Shown: one piece after another, positions 17,119-27,020 of the stretch
Numbering within the stretch: the stretch's first letter is position 1
How the letters are laid out: the number at the start of each line of letters is the position of its first letter
Assembly: GCA_965204735.1 (NCBI GenBank)
Contig: OZ242008.1
Location: 2,912,001 to 2,976,000 of the forward strand
DNA length: 64,000 nt
Source of the DNA: Longimicrobiales bacterium
Lineage (GTDB): Bacteria > Gemmatimonadota > Gemmatimonadetes > Longimicrobiales > Gaopeijiaceae
Direction: 5' to 3'
Position numbers and translations under genes: made by a program
The notes under the pieces: model-generated
Told to the model about the DNA's origin: nothing
Database searches by the model: none
Seen by the model: the letters and a program-made list of their open reading frames with translations, nothing else

Positions 17119-19662
17119 TCAACTCCCGGCGTCCAGTCCAGCAAGCGCCGCTGGAAACTCCGCCTCTTCGAAGACCAGCCGGAACGTCCCCCGAGCCGGA
17201 CCGTCGCGCACGACCATTCGCCCGCAGTTGAAGGCGCCCTCCAGGGTGTCCAGCACCCGTCGCTTGTATTCGGTGTCCGGGTTGTCGCGCAGGTGGCGGC
17301 CCTTGGTCTCGAAGACGAGAATGTGGGCAGGATCGCCCGCTCGGCTCGCCATGGCCACGAAGTCGGGCCAGATCCGGTCCTTCTTCCACCCACGCAAGTA
17401 GTATCCGTCTTGCTGGCGGGTGGCGACCCGGTGCCACCACTCCAAGGCCCGCTGCTCGTCCAGGTAGCGCGCGAAGTTGCGCTCCAGGTCGCTGTCGAAG
17501 TGGCTCTCGTAGATGGGCTCGAACAGGCTCATCTGAATTGCTCGGCCGTCGTTGCGGGCCAGAATGCCGCTGTTGTCCTTGTCAAGGGCGATTTCATAGC
17601 TGTCCACCATGCGAAAGTTCGGCTTCTCGGCCTCCAGGTCGAACCGGATGCGGCCACGGCGAAGCTTGTCGCGGAAGACGCTCTCCGCCTGGGCCTCGAC
17701 GGCTTCGGCGATGCTGCTTCTCATGGCAAAGACGATGTGCGAACGGCGGTCGAAGACGGAATCGTCGGCTTCCCCGGACTGGCGCAGCTTCTCGACGACT
17801 CCCTGGGCCATGCGCGCCGCCTGCCACGTGTTCGGCACGATCTCCGCCAGTCGTCTGGCGAACCAGGAGAGCTCGATCGTCTTGTCGACCTCGATCTCCT
17901 GCGGCGCCCGGGGCTGGGTCTGGAGCACCGGCGACAAGTCCCCGATGTCCACGGCGGCCGAGTGGCGCCCGGCCACTTCGGGCGCACTGTCGTCGGGCGG
18001 CGAGACGTCGATGGCGCCCCAGTCGATGAACGGCAGGATGTGCCTCCGGTAGTCCATCTTGCACCAGTCCTCCCGGTCCTTGTGCAGCACCAGGGGCAGG
18101 AACAGATCTTTGCCGCGGAACTGCGCTCGACGCTCCACCGCGACCCGTTGCAGCTCCTCCCCGACGGCGGCGACGTCGTCCGATATTCCCGTCAGGCCCT
18201 CGGCTTCGAGACCTTGCTTGACCTGGGCGACGGCGGCACCCACGCGAACGTTCCAGCAGTACACGTAGCACTGGTCCAGAGCGGCTCGTCCGGTGCGGCG
18301 GGCGTGAGGCTGGCGCATGACGCGGCCCACCAGCTGGGTCACGGCGCGCTGCGCGGTCGTGTTGTCGAGCATGACCAGCACGTAGGCGAAGGGACAGTCC
18401 CAGCCCTCCATCAACGCCGCCTTGGTAATGATCCACCGCACGGAAGAGTACTCGGACAGCAAGTCCACGCCGGCCAGCTCGTCCTGTTCGGCCGACTTGA
18501 CCGCGACTTCGCGGCTTGGAACGCCCAGGTTGTGCACCAGGTACTCGCGCACGTCTTCGGCGTGAATGCGCCCGGCCCCGCGCTGGTCCTTGCCGGTGCG
18601 CTCGACCCTCACTACCGCTATCGGTCGGACGTAACGACCGTCGGTCGTGTGCAGCGCCCGGGCCTCCGCACCCAGCCGCTCGAGTTCTTCGCAGGCCTGC
18701 GCCAGCGTGTGCTGCCACTCGGCGCCTACAAAGGACTCGACGCGCACGGGCAGCTTGATCATCTCCTCGGCCTTCAGCTCCACGCCGGTCACGTCCACAA
18801 GCAAGTTGCTGACGCCGCGGTTGGGCGTGGCCGACAGCTCCACCACCAAGCGCGGGTTCAGCTGGTTGACCGAAGCCACGAACTCGGCGTTCGCTTCCCT
18901 TCTCTTGGCACCGTACGCCTTGTGGGCTTCGTCCAGGACCACGACGGGCCGCAGCAGCTTGAAGGCGTTGAAGAGGCTGTGCTTGACCAGTCCCTCCGCA
19001 CTCTGGTCCAGGTCCGGGTGAGCCTCCAGCAGTCGCGCGTCGCTTCCCAGGTCGTCCCCGTCGGGAAAGAGCGTGGGGTAGCGTCCCGAGTCGCGAAAGA
19101 TGCGAAGGAACTCGCGTCCCTTCTTGCGGTTGGCGGCGGGCAGCATGAGCAGCATCACGCACAGGTAGTTGGCCACGTCCCCCCGGTCGAGCGCCTGGTC
19201 CTTCTCCAACACCTTGACCCTTCCGCCGCTGGCGCGCTCCAACATCTGTCTGTACGGATGCCGCCGGTCCCACAGCGCTTCCTTGGTTTGCCGGTAGATG
19301 GCCTTGGTCGGCGTGATCCAGAGGGCAAGCCCGGTCTGCCGGTTGAGGCGTTCCAGCGCCGAAGCTGCAAGCAAGGTCTTGCCCCCGCCCGTCGGAACCT
19401 TGAGGCAGACGTGGGGAATCGAGCGGCCTGCGCCGTCGGTGCGCGTGACGTACTTGCCGGCTCCGGCTGCAACTTCGCCCGCCCTGGCCAGCTCCTCCCA
19501 AGCAAGCTTCGGATAGTTGCGGACCGCATCGGCCATGGCACCCACGTCGTCGTCTCCAAGGGCCGCAACGAGCTTCTCCGACTTGCGCCGAGCGGCTTCC
19601 AGCGCATCAAGCCAGCGGCCGAAGCGATCCAGGACGCTGGTCTGGTAGCCCTTCAGTTCCAT
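17119..19662 (-). CDS. Type III restriction Res-subunit-like SF2 helicase/nuclease
   Basis: MELKGYQ, VPTGGGKT, LDEAH, SATP, EGWDCP, QLVGRVMR; C-terminal WPDF...FETKG PD-(D/E)xK. Confidence 0.9.
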   Translation of the reverse strand: MELKGYQTSVLDRFGRWLDALEAARRKSEKLVAALGDDDVGAMADAVRNYPKLAWEELARAGEVAAGAGKYVTRTDGAGRSIPHVCLKVPTGGGKTLLAASALERLNRQTGLALWITPTKAIYRQTKEALWDRRHPYRQMLERASGGRVKVLEKDQALDRGDVANYLCVMLLMLPAANRKKGREFLRIFRDSGRYPTLFPDGDDLGSDARLLEAHPDLDQSAEGLVKHSLFNAFKLLRPVVVLDEAHKAYGAKRREANAEFVASVNQLNPRLVVELSATPNRGVSNLLVDVTGVELKAEEMIKLPVRVESFVGAEWQHTLAQACEELERLGAEARALHTTDGRYVRPIAVVRVERTGKDQRGAGRIHAEDVREYLVHNLGVPSREVAVKSAEQDELAGVDLLSEYSSVRWIITKAALMEGWDCPFAYVLVMLDNTTAQRAVTQLVGRVMRQPHARRTGRAALDQCYVYCWNVRVGAAVAQVKQGLEAEGLTGISDDVAAVGEELQRVAVERRAQFRGKDLFLPLVLHKDREDWCKMDYRRHILPFIDWGAIDVSPPDDSAPEVAGRHSAAVDIGDLSPVLQTQPRAPQEIEVDKTIELSWFARRLAEIVPNTWQAARMAQGVVEKLRQSGEADDSVFDRRSHIVFAMRSSIAEAVEAQAESVFRDKLRRGRIRFDLEAEKPNFRMVDSYEIALDKDNSGILARNDGRAIQMSLFEPIYESHFDSDLERNFARYLDEQRALEWWHRVATRQQDGYYLRGWKKDRIWPDFVAMASRAGDPAHILVFETKGRHLRDNPDTEYKRRVLDTLEGAFNCGRMVVRDGPARGTFRLVFEEAEFPAALAGLDAGS

Positions 19663-19690
19663 GCCGAAACGCTCTCCTCGTCGTGCCAGG

Positions 19691-19719
19691 AAGATAGGCC
19701 GGGACCGGCTAGCCATCAA
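19691..19719 (-). promoter_or_regulatory. Putative sigma70 promoter TTGATG-N17-TATCTT upstream of the Res-like gene
   Basis: Hexamers and 17-bp spacer read from the sequence; GAGGAG RBS downstream. Confidence 0.5.
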
Positions 19720-19923
19720 CGAGCGGACGCCCGGTCCCTGCACGGCCCGCACGGCCCGCCGAACCGCCTGCCGGGAGCGGACCCGCAGCCGCGCTGCTTC
19801 GCCAAGCCGACCGGCAAGCCCTGGCGCGAGCCGGACCGACGGCTCGATCTTGCCGGGCCGGCCCCGCCGACCCCAGAATTCAGCCACGCGCTTTCTTGCG
19901 ACCCTCGACACGGGAGCACCCCC

Positions 19924-22017
19924 ATGAAGTTCGGACCCGCCGCCGCCCTCGCCGCCCTTGCCGTCCTCGTCACCGCCGCCGCAGCCCCATCCCCCGGCGC
20001 CGCCCAGGAGACGCCCGCCGACGACATGCTCACGGTGGGACACTACCTGGACATGGAGCGGGTGGGGGACCCGCAGATCTCGCCGGACGGGCGCCAAGTC
20101 GTCTACACCAGGTCGTGGGTGGACCAGATGGCGGACCGGTTCGAGTCGGCGGTGTGGATCATGGACGCCGACGGAGGGCGGAACCGCTTCCTGCTGGAAG
20201 GGTCGAGCCCCCGGTGGTCGCCCGACGGCACGCGGGTCGCCTATGTGGCGCCCGGAGAGGAAGGCGGACCCGAGGGCCCCCAGATCTTCGTCCGCTGGAT
20301 GGACGCCGAAGGCGCCACGACCCAGGTCACCCGCGAGGTCGAGGCCCCGTCCAACTTCAAGTGGTCGCCCGACGGCGCGCACATCTACTTCCAGCGCTTC
20401 GTTCCCGAGTCGGAGCCTTGGCCGATCGACCTGCCCGCCGCGCCGGAGGGCGCCGAGTGGACGCCGACGCCCCGGATCGTGGACCGGGTCCACTACCGCT
20501 TCGACCGGATCGGCTTCCTGGAAGAAGGCTTCACGCACCTCTTCCGGGTCCCCAGCGAGGGCGGCACCGCCCGGCAGCTCACCAGCGGCTCGTGGAACGC
20601 GGGCGCCACCTTCGTCTCGGGAGTCGGGAACGTGGGGTACGACATTTCCCCCGACGGCGGCACGCTGATCTTCGACGGACTCATGGAGGACGCGGACAAC
20701 CGCTACCGCGAGTCCCACGTCTACGCCATGGAGCTGGCCACCGGCGCGATCCGGCAGCTCACCACCGAGAAGGGCCCCTGGGGCCGGCCCATGGTGTCGC
20801 CCGACGGCAGCGCGATCGCCTACGCGGGCTACCCGTGGACCTCGCAGACGTACAAGACGACCGACCTGTACATGATGGACGCGGACGGCGGGAACCAGCG
20901 CCTGGTGTCGGGCAGCCTGGACCGGGACGTGGGCGCCGTCCACTGGGCCGCCAACTCCAGCGGCGTGTACTTCACCGCGGGCGACCGGGGAAGCATGAAC
21001 GTGCACTTCGCGACGCCTTCCGGCGAGGTTCGCCAAGTCACCGAGGGCGTGCACATGCTCTCGCTGTCGTCGGCCGCAAGGGACGGGCAGGCCGTGGGAA
21101 CCCTCACCTCGCCCCACGAGCCCGGCGACGTGGTGGCCTACCGGCTGGACGGAGACGGCGACGCGGGCGCGATCCGTCGGCTCACCGACGTGAACGCCGA
21201 CGTGCTGGCCGGGAAGCGGCTGGGCGAAGTAGAGGAGATCTGGTACGAATCGACGGGCGGAACGCAGGTGCAGGGCTGGATCGTGAAGCCGCCCGACTTC
21301 GACGCGAGCCGCGAGTACCCGCTGATCCTGCACATCCACGGCGGTCCCCACGGCATGTACAACGTCGGCTTCAGCTACCCCTACCAGAACTTCGCCGCCA
21401 ACGGATACGTGACCTTGTACACCAACCCCCGGGGCAGCACCGGCTACGGCACCGACTTCGGCAACGCCATCGACAACGGCTACCCGTCGGTGGACTACGA
21501 CGACCTGATGGCGGGCGTGGACGCCCTGCTGGAGCGGGGCTACGTCGCCCGCGACCAGATGTACGTGACCGGATGCAGCGGCGGAGGCGTTCTGTCCAGC
21601 TGGGTGATCGGCCACACGACGCGCTTCGCGGCGGCCGGCGTCCGCTGTCCCGTGATCAACTGGATGAGCTTCGCCGGCAACGCCGACATCACCGTGTGGG
21701 GCTACTACCGCTACCACGGCTACCCCTGGGACAACCCGGACAAGTACTTGGAGCACTCGCCCCTCATGTACGTCCAGAACGTCACCACGCCGACGATCCT
21801 CATGACCGGCGAGCTGGACCTGCGCACGCCGATGGCCCAGACCGAGGAGTACTACCAGGCGCTGAAGCAGCTGGGCGTGCCCACCAAGATGATCCGCTTC
21901 CACGACGAGTACCACGGAACCAGCTCCAAGCCGTCCAACTTCATGCGGACGCAGCTCTACCTGATGAAGTGGTTCGAGGAGCACGGAGGCCGGCCGAAGC
22001 CCGCGACCGACCGCTGA
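19924..22017 (+). CDS. S9 family peptidase (dipeptidyl aminopeptidase/acylaminoacyl peptidase), exported
   Basis: Signal peptide, SPDG propeller repeats, IHGGP, NPRGS, GCSGGG, DLR, EYHG. Confidence 0.92.
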   Translation: MKFGPAAALAALAVLVTAAAAPSPGAAQETPADDMLTVGHYLDMERVGDPQISPDGRQVVYTRSWVDQMADRFESAVWIMDADGGRNRFLLEGSSPRWSPDGTRVAYVAPGEEGGPEGPQIFVRWMDAEGATTQVTREVEAPSNFKWSPDGAHIYFQRFVPESEPWPIDLPAAPEGAEWTPTPRIVDRVHYRFDRIGFLEEGFTHLFRVPSEGGTARQLTSGSWNAGATFVSGVGNVGYDISPDGGTLIFDGLMEDADNRYRESHVYAMELATGAIRQLTTEKGPWGRPMVSPDGSAIAYAGYPWTSQTYKTTDLYMMDADGGNQRLVSGSLDRDVGAVHWAANSSGVYFTAGDRGSMNVHFATPSGEVRQVTEGVHMLSLSSAARDGQAVGTLTSPHEPGDVVAYRLDGDGDAGAIRRLTDVNADVLAGKRLGEVEEIWYESTGGTQVQGWIVKPPDFDASREYPLILHIHGGPHGMYNVGFSYPYQNFAANGYVTLYTNPRGSTGYGTDFGNAIDNGYPSVDYDDLMAGVDALLERGYVARDQMYVTGCSGGGVLSSWVIGHTTRFAAAGVRCPVINWMSFAGNADITVWGYYRYHGYPWDNPDKYLEHSPLMYVQNVTTPTILMTGELDLRTPMAQTEEYYQALKQLGVPTKMIRFHDEYHGTSSKPSNFMRTQLYLMKWFEEHGGRPKPATDR

Positions 22018-22053
22018 CCGGGCCCGGGGGCAGCGGCCGCCGAGAACGGTCCG

Positions 22054-23202
22054 CTACGCCGGTCCCTTCCGAGTCTCGTCCAGGATCAGGTCCACCACGG
22101 AGCGCAGCGCCTCGTCCTTGCCGTCGCCCTCCAGGCGGCGAAGGCGGTAGTGGTCGATCTGCCGGTCGGCGCCGCTGCCCTCGCGGACGATCCGGAGGGC
22201 GTGGGACAGCTCCTCCTCGCACTCCAGGGCTTGGGCGTCCTCGGCCAGCTCCTCCACCAGCCGGGCGGCGTGATCCTCCAGGTCGATCCTGCCGCCGCCC
22301 CGGGCGTTGTCGCCCAGGAAGGCCAAGACGCCGTAGCGCTGGGCGATCCAGCGGTCTTCGGCGATGATCTCGGTGGGGGGCTCGGGAGGGAGCGCGCCGT
22401 CCCGGTCCTGGCGAAGGAGCCGCCGCGCGAGGCAGGCGTAGAGAGCCGCGACGCCCACGGCGTCGGCCAGGTGCGTGCACACGTCGCATATCCGCAGCTC
22501 GATCGTCGGGAAGCTGTGGGACGGGCGGATGTCCCACCACAGCTCGCTGCCGTCCTCGATGAACTCCAGCCGCCGGTAGCCTTCGACCAAGTCGTCGTAC
22601 TCCGCCCGCGACCAGAGGGGACCTGGCAGACCGGTGCGCGGCAGGGCGCCGACCAAGTTGAGGCGGAAGGACTTGAAACCCGTCTCGCGGCCCTCGTTGA
22701 AGGGGGAGGAGGCCGAAAGGGCGTGGAGCAGCGGCAGGTAGCGGCGGATCGCCGTCATGACCCGAATCCGCGAGTCCGCGTCGGCAAAGCCGGCATGGAC
22801 GTGCATGCCGCCCACCAGGAAGCGGCGCAGGGACTCCTGGTAGACGATCTCGAAGTCCCGGTAGCGCTCCCGCGGCGTGACGAGCTGGTCGGCCCAGGCG
22901 GCGAATGGATGGGTGGACGCGGCCATCACGGCGGCCCCGTGCTCTTCCGCGGCATCCACGACCACTCGACGGGTCTCGTGCATCGCTTCGGCCAGCTCCG
23001 CCACCGACGCGCACACGCGGGTGTTGGTTTCGACCTGGGACCTGAGGAACTCCGTCGTGACCTTGTGGGGACCGATGCCGCGTTCGCACGCGGCGAAGAT
23101 GCCCGGATGGGGCGCCTTCAAGAGGTCCCGCGTTTCGGGATCGACAAGGAAGAACTCCTCCTCGGCCCCGAGGGTGATGCCAAGGTCCGTCGGACCGTTC
23201 AC
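22054..23202 (-). CDS. Carboxylate-amine ligase (YbdK/GCS2 family)
   Basis: LGAEEEFFLVD, GMHVH, SSPF, WWDIRPS, TIELRICD. Confidence 0.92.
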   Translation of the reverse strand: MNGPTDLGITLGAEEEFFLVDPETRDLLKAPHPGIFAACERGIGPHKVTTEFLRSQVETNTRVCASVAELAEAMHETRRVVVDAAEEHGAAVMAASTHPFAAWADQLVTPRERYRDFEIVYQESLRRFLVGGMHVHAGFADADSRIRVMTAIRRYLPLLHALSASSPFNEGRETGFKSFRLNLVGALPRTGLPGPLWSRAEYDDLVEGYRRLEFIEDGSELWWDIRPSHSFPTIELRICDVCTHLADAVGVAALYACLARRLLRQDRDGALPPEPPTEIIAEDRWIAQRYGVLAFLGDNARGGGRIDLEDHAARLVEELAEDAQALECEEELSHALRIVREGSGADRQIDHYRLRRLEGDGKDEALRSVVDLILDETRKGPA

Positions 23203-23206
23203 GGGC

Positions 23207-23902
23207 CTACTCGCCCGCCGGGTCCACCAAAGTGGCGGTTGCGATCCGGTCGAGTTCCGGGTGGTTTTCGTCGAGGTACGCGTTTCCCTGCTGCAGCGCG
23301 TTGGGCTGGGACACGCTGTTGCCGTAGCCGGAGTGGAAGCGGTCCACGACCTCGTCCATCCCTTCGACGACCCTGCCGAAGGGGGCGAATCCGTCGGCGT
23401 CCAAGTGGCTGTTGTCCACAAAGTTGATGAAGATCTGAGTGGTGCGGGAGTTGGGCGCGCTGGACTTGGCGAAGGTGACCATCCCCCGAACGTTGGACTC
23501 GACCACGGAGTCGTCCAGGATCACCGCTTCGCGCCATGCCGACGATACGGCCGGATCCCCGTGAAGCCCGAACTGGGCGACGAAGCCCTCGATCACGCGG
23601 AATATCCGCGCATCGTCGTAGTAGCCGTTCTTGACCAGCGTGTAGAACCGGTCGGCGCCGTTCGGCGTCCAGGCGCGGGCCACCTCGACGACGAAGGCTC
23701 CCTTGGTCGTCTCGAAGCGGACGCGGAAGGTGTCGGGCGCGGTCTCGGCAAGTTCCGCCGGGTCCAGGAGGGCCGTCTCGGAGGGCTCTTCGGCGGGGGC
23801 GGCAGCGTCTTCGTCGCCGGCGTCTTCGGCACAGGAGGCCAGGGCGAGGGCCGCAACTGCGGCGAGGACGGAGGGGCGGGCGCGGGTGATCGTCATCTGC
23901 AT
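23207..23902 (-). CDS. Cyclophilin-type peptidyl-prolyl isomerase, lipoprotein
   Basis: LALASC lipobox; FRVIEGFVAQFG; NSRTTQIFIN; FAPFGRVVEGM. Confidence 0.92.
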   Translation of the reverse strand: MQMTITRARPSVLAAVAALALASCAEDAGDEDAAAPAEEPSETALLDPAELAETAPDTFRVRFETTKGAFVVEVARAWTPNGADRFYTLVKNGYYDDARIFRVIEGFVAQFGLHGDPAVSSAWREAVILDDSVVESNVRGMVTFAKSSAPNSRTTQIFINFVDNSHLDADGFAPFGRVVEGMDEVVDRFHSGYGNSVSQPNALQQGNAYLDENHPELDRIATATLVDPAGE

Positions 23903-23943
23903 CGTCCTTGTGTGCGGGAAAGTTCCCAAAGTATACGTGCGGC

Positions 23944-24612
23944 CTACCCCACTGTCACCCGCACCGTCCCCGCGCCCGCCTCGACAGCCAGGGGCTCCGA
24001 CCGGCCCTCGAGGGCCAGCGTGACCAGATCGCTTTCCGGAGCGGTCTCCTGGACTACGGCCTTGGCGCCGGGCACCAGCCCCACGGACTCGAAGTACCTG
24101 AGCTGCTCCGGGTCCTGGTCGGAGACCGATCGGATCACCACCCGCGTCCCAGGCGCCACCCGATCGAGCCGGCGCCCCTCGAGCGGGGCGACCTCGCCGC
24201 GACGAGTGGGAATCGGCGCCCCGTGGGGATCGGTCGCCGGATTGCCCACGGCCTCGGCCATTCGGTCGATCAGCCGGTCGGAGGCGGCGTGCTCCAGGCG
24301 TTCCGCCTCTTCGTGCACGTCTTCCCATGCGTATCCCAGGCGTTCCACGAGGAACGACTCGATGACGCGGTGGCGACGGAGAACCCGGAGGGCTTCCCGG
24401 ACTCCCGTCGCCGTCAGCCGCACGCCTCGGTAGGGCTCGTGCTCCAGCAGGCCGTCGGCCGCCAAGCGCCGCACCATGCCGCTGACCGACGCGGGCTGGA
24501 CGTCGAGGACGCGGGCCAGCTCGCTCGTGCCGGCGGCTTCTCCCTGCTCGTTCAGGGAGTAGATCACCTTCAAGTAGTCCTCTACGGAGCGCGACAGGCC
24601 GGGGGCGGTCAT
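23944..24612 (-). CDS. DtxR/MntR family metal-dependent regulator with FeoA-like domain
   Basis: EDYLKVIY, RRHRVIESFL, VHEEAERLEH, DPHGAPIP. Confidence 0.92.
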   Translation of the reverse strand: MTAPGLSRSVEDYLKVIYSLNEQGEAAGTSELARVLDVQPASVSGMVRRLAADGLLEHEPYRGVRLTATGVREALRVLRRHRVIESFLVERLGYAWEDVHEEAERLEHAASDRLIDRMAEAVGNPATDPHGAPIPTRRGEVAPLEGRRLDRVAPGTRVVIRSVSDQDPEQLRYFESVGLVPGAKAVVQETAPESDLVTLALEGRSEPLAVEAGAGTVRVTVG

Positions 24613-24682
24613 GACCCCAAGGTAACCCGCCGTGGATCGGGGCGCGTCGCCGCAGGCGGTCGGCCTCGACGTCCCCGGCGAG

Positions 24683-25423
24683 CTACGGCATCCTCAGCGA
24701 CACGTGCAGGTGGTCGGCGGTGCCCACATGGCGGAGGGAGTGGAACCCCAGCGCCCAGAAGCCCAGCTCGACGATCCGGTTCCGCCACTCCGGACGTCCG
24801 TTCGTCCTCAAGTCCAGGGCGTGGACGAATCCGTTTGCCTGGGGGAAGTGAAGGGACGCTTCGTTGGGGGGCAGTCCCATGCGCCGGTAGAAGTCGGAAG
24901 TCCTGCCTGCGTCGGTGATCACGGAGGCCGGGTCGGCGAGGATGACGACGCTGGCCGCCAGTCGGAGGAGCGGGTGGAGCTGCTGGTACTCGCTGCGCAC
25001 CTCCGGCGACTTGGTGTTGGCGCTGCCGACGTGCACCAGCGCGTACACGACGTAGGCCAGCACGACGAACGCCGGCAGGCGGATCATCGCCCCTCGAAGC
25101 CGTCTCCCCGCCCCCGCGCGGCGGCCCGCAAGCCATCCGTACGCCGACATCAGCAGCACCGTGGCGCCCGCCGACGCGAGCAGGGCCGGCCAGCTTTCCC
25201 ATCCCCACTCCTGATAGGCGAAGACGCCGCCTCGGATCAGCAGGAAGAAGGGGGCGATCGCCAGCAGCACAGCCGCCACCACAGCCCTCAGCAGCCGAAA
25301 CGGCAGTGTGCGCAAGGGCTTGCGGCGCTTCTCGCTCTTCCGACCGCGGGGGTCCGCTGCGGCCCGTCCAGGCGGCCCTGCGCCCGTGGACGGGCACCCC
25401 AGATCGATCTTGGTCGCGCTCAC
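24683..25423 (-). CDS. Membrane-anchored hypothetical protein with M15/LAS-like metallopeptidase motifs
   Basis: Three hydrophobic segments, then ITDAGR, SLH...ALD and DHLHVS. Confidence 0.55.
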   Translation of the reverse strand: MSATKIDLGCPSTGAGPPGRAAADPRGRKSEKRRKPLRTLPFRLLRAVVAAVLLAIAPFFLLIRGGVFAYQEWGWESWPALLASAGATVLLMSAYGWLAGRRAGAGRRLRGAMIRLPAFVVLAYVVYALVHVGSANTKSPEVRSEYQQLHPLLRLAASVVILADPASVITDAGRTSDFYRRMGLPPNEASLHFPQANGFVHALDLRTNGRPEWRNRIVELGFWALGFHSLRHVGTADHLHVSLRMP

Positions 25424-25462
25424 GGTCCGCGTCCTTTCGTCTTTGGGTGGTGCGGAAAGTCC

Positions 25463-27004
25463 TTACGAGTCGGTGCGCGCCTCGGGTTCCGGCGGGGCGT
25501 CCCCGCCCCGGCTCGTCGCGCCCGGCGCGGCGGCGGCAGCACGTACTTGGTCCTTCATGGCCCTTGTGCCGCCCCGCAGGGAGTAGGCCTCGTAGCCGGC
25601 GGTCTGGAGCATGTTGGCGAGCACCGTGGAGTGGACGCCGTTGTCGCAGAAGAGCACGTAGCGCCTGTCCTTGTCCAGGGAGTCCGCCAGCTCGGGAAAG
25701 TCGGCCGGGGCCACCCGCCGCGCGCCGGCAACGCGCCAGCCGTCGTCCTGCTGGGGAAGGCGGCAATCGATCACCAGAGCGCCCGCCGGGGGCTCGTCGA
25801 TGCGCACGTAGTCCCGTGCCAAGTCGGCGGCGTCCAGGGCTCGCAGCTCCCGCACCGAGCGCCCTGCCGCCGCCCGGGTCGCCAGCGACGGGTCCAGCGG
25901 CGCTTCCTCCGCGTCCACCGCATGGACCTTGGCGGCCGTCACGGGCTTGCCTTGCAAGATCGCGCAGTACTCCTTGATCCGGGCGGAGAGGGCCGCCGTC
26001 CCGATCCGCTCCGCCAGCCGAATGATCTCCGTCTTGTCGAGCCCCACCAGCGGCCGCATGACGGGAAGCTCCACGGCCGCCTCGATGGCCCGGAGGTTGG
26101 TCAGCGTCTGGGACGACACTTGGCCCAGCGACTCGCCGGTCACGATCGCTTCGGCCCCGATCTCCATTGCCACGCCCTCTGCGGCCCTGTACATGAGACG
26201 CTTCAGCACGACTTGCCAGTAGCGCGGCGTGACTTCCTGCTGGAGGGCCGCCACCGGCTCGGCAAAGTCCACCAGGTGGATTCGCGGGCGGCATCCGTAG
26301 CTCCAGCGGTCCGCCACGACCTTTGCCACCTGCACCACCGAGCGTTCGAACGCCGGGCCGGCCAAGTTGCAGAACACGTACTCCAGCGCGACGCCCCGCT
26401 TGAGCATCAGCCACGCCGCCACCGCCGAGTCGAAGCCGCCGGAGATCAGGCAGACGGCCCTTCCCTGCACGCCGGCGGGCAAGCCGCCCGGTCCATCCGT
26501 TCGACTTCCGAAGAGGTAGGCCCGGTCGTCGCGGACCTCCACGGAAACGGTCACGTCGGGCGACGACAGGTCCACTTGGCCGTACTCGTTCAGCGCTGCG
26601 CCCAGCTGCACCCGCACGTCCTGGGAAGAGAACGAGTGGCGGCCCGTCCGACGAGCGGCGACGGCGTACTTGCGGCCGGCGACGGCATTCCGGTAGGCGT
26701 CGCAGCCGGCCCGCACGATCGCGCCCAGGTCGGCGGCGACCTCCGCGTCCACGCGGGAGAACGACCCCACGCCGAAGACTCGTTCGGCGGCTCCCATCGC
26801 CTTCGGTTGGCTGGTCTCGACGAAGATGCGGCTCCAGCGGTCGCCCACCTTGGCCTGCGCGCCTTCCGACTTCATGGCGTCGGAGAGGTTGCGGACCAAG
26901 CGCTGTTGGAAGCGCCTGCGCACTCGGTTGGACTTGCGGGTGAGCTCGGGGGCCAGCCGGACGATGAACCGCGCGGGCGCGCCGCTTTCCGGACCGCTGC
27001 TCAC
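25463..27004 (-). CDS. thiI: tRNA 4-thiouridine synthase (THUMP + PP-loop + rhodanese)
   Basis: LISGGFDS, TGESLGQVSSQTL, RPL...DK.EI, EYC; C-terminal LFCDNG rhodanese. Confidence 0.93.
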   Translation of the reverse strand: MSSGPESGAPARFIVRLAPELTRKSNRVRRRFQQRLVRNLSDAMKSEGAQAKVGDRWSRIFVETSQPKAMGAAERVFGVGSFSRVDAEVAADLGAIVRAGCDAYRNAVAGRKYAVAARRTGRHSFSSQDVRVQLGAALNEYGQVDLSSPDVTVSVEVRDDRAYLFGSRTDGPGGLPAGVQGRAVCLISGGFDSAVAAWLMLKRGVALEYVFCNLAGPAFERSVVQVAKVVADRWSYGCRPRIHLVDFAEPVAALQQEVTPRYWQVVLKRLMYRAAEGVAMEIGAEAIVTGESLGQVSSQTLTNLRAIEAAVELPVMRPLVGLDKTEIIRLAERIGTAALSARIKEYCAILQGKPVTAAKVHAVDAEEAPLDPSLATRAAAGRSVRELRALDAADLARDYVRIDEPPAGALVIDCRLPQQDDGWRVAGARRVAPADFPELADSLDKDRRYVLFCDNGVHSTVLANMLQTAGYEAYSLRGGTRAMKDQVRAAAAAPGATSRGGDAPPEPEARTDS

Positions 27005-27020
27005 TTGGGGCCGTCCGCCG

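Noticed and set aside
17119..22017. 1621-aa and 1574-aa ORFs as giant fusion proteins
   Set aside because: Each is a real gene (Res-like or S9 peptidase) extended through the antisense of its divergent neighbour; RBS-supported starts are at 19662 and 19924
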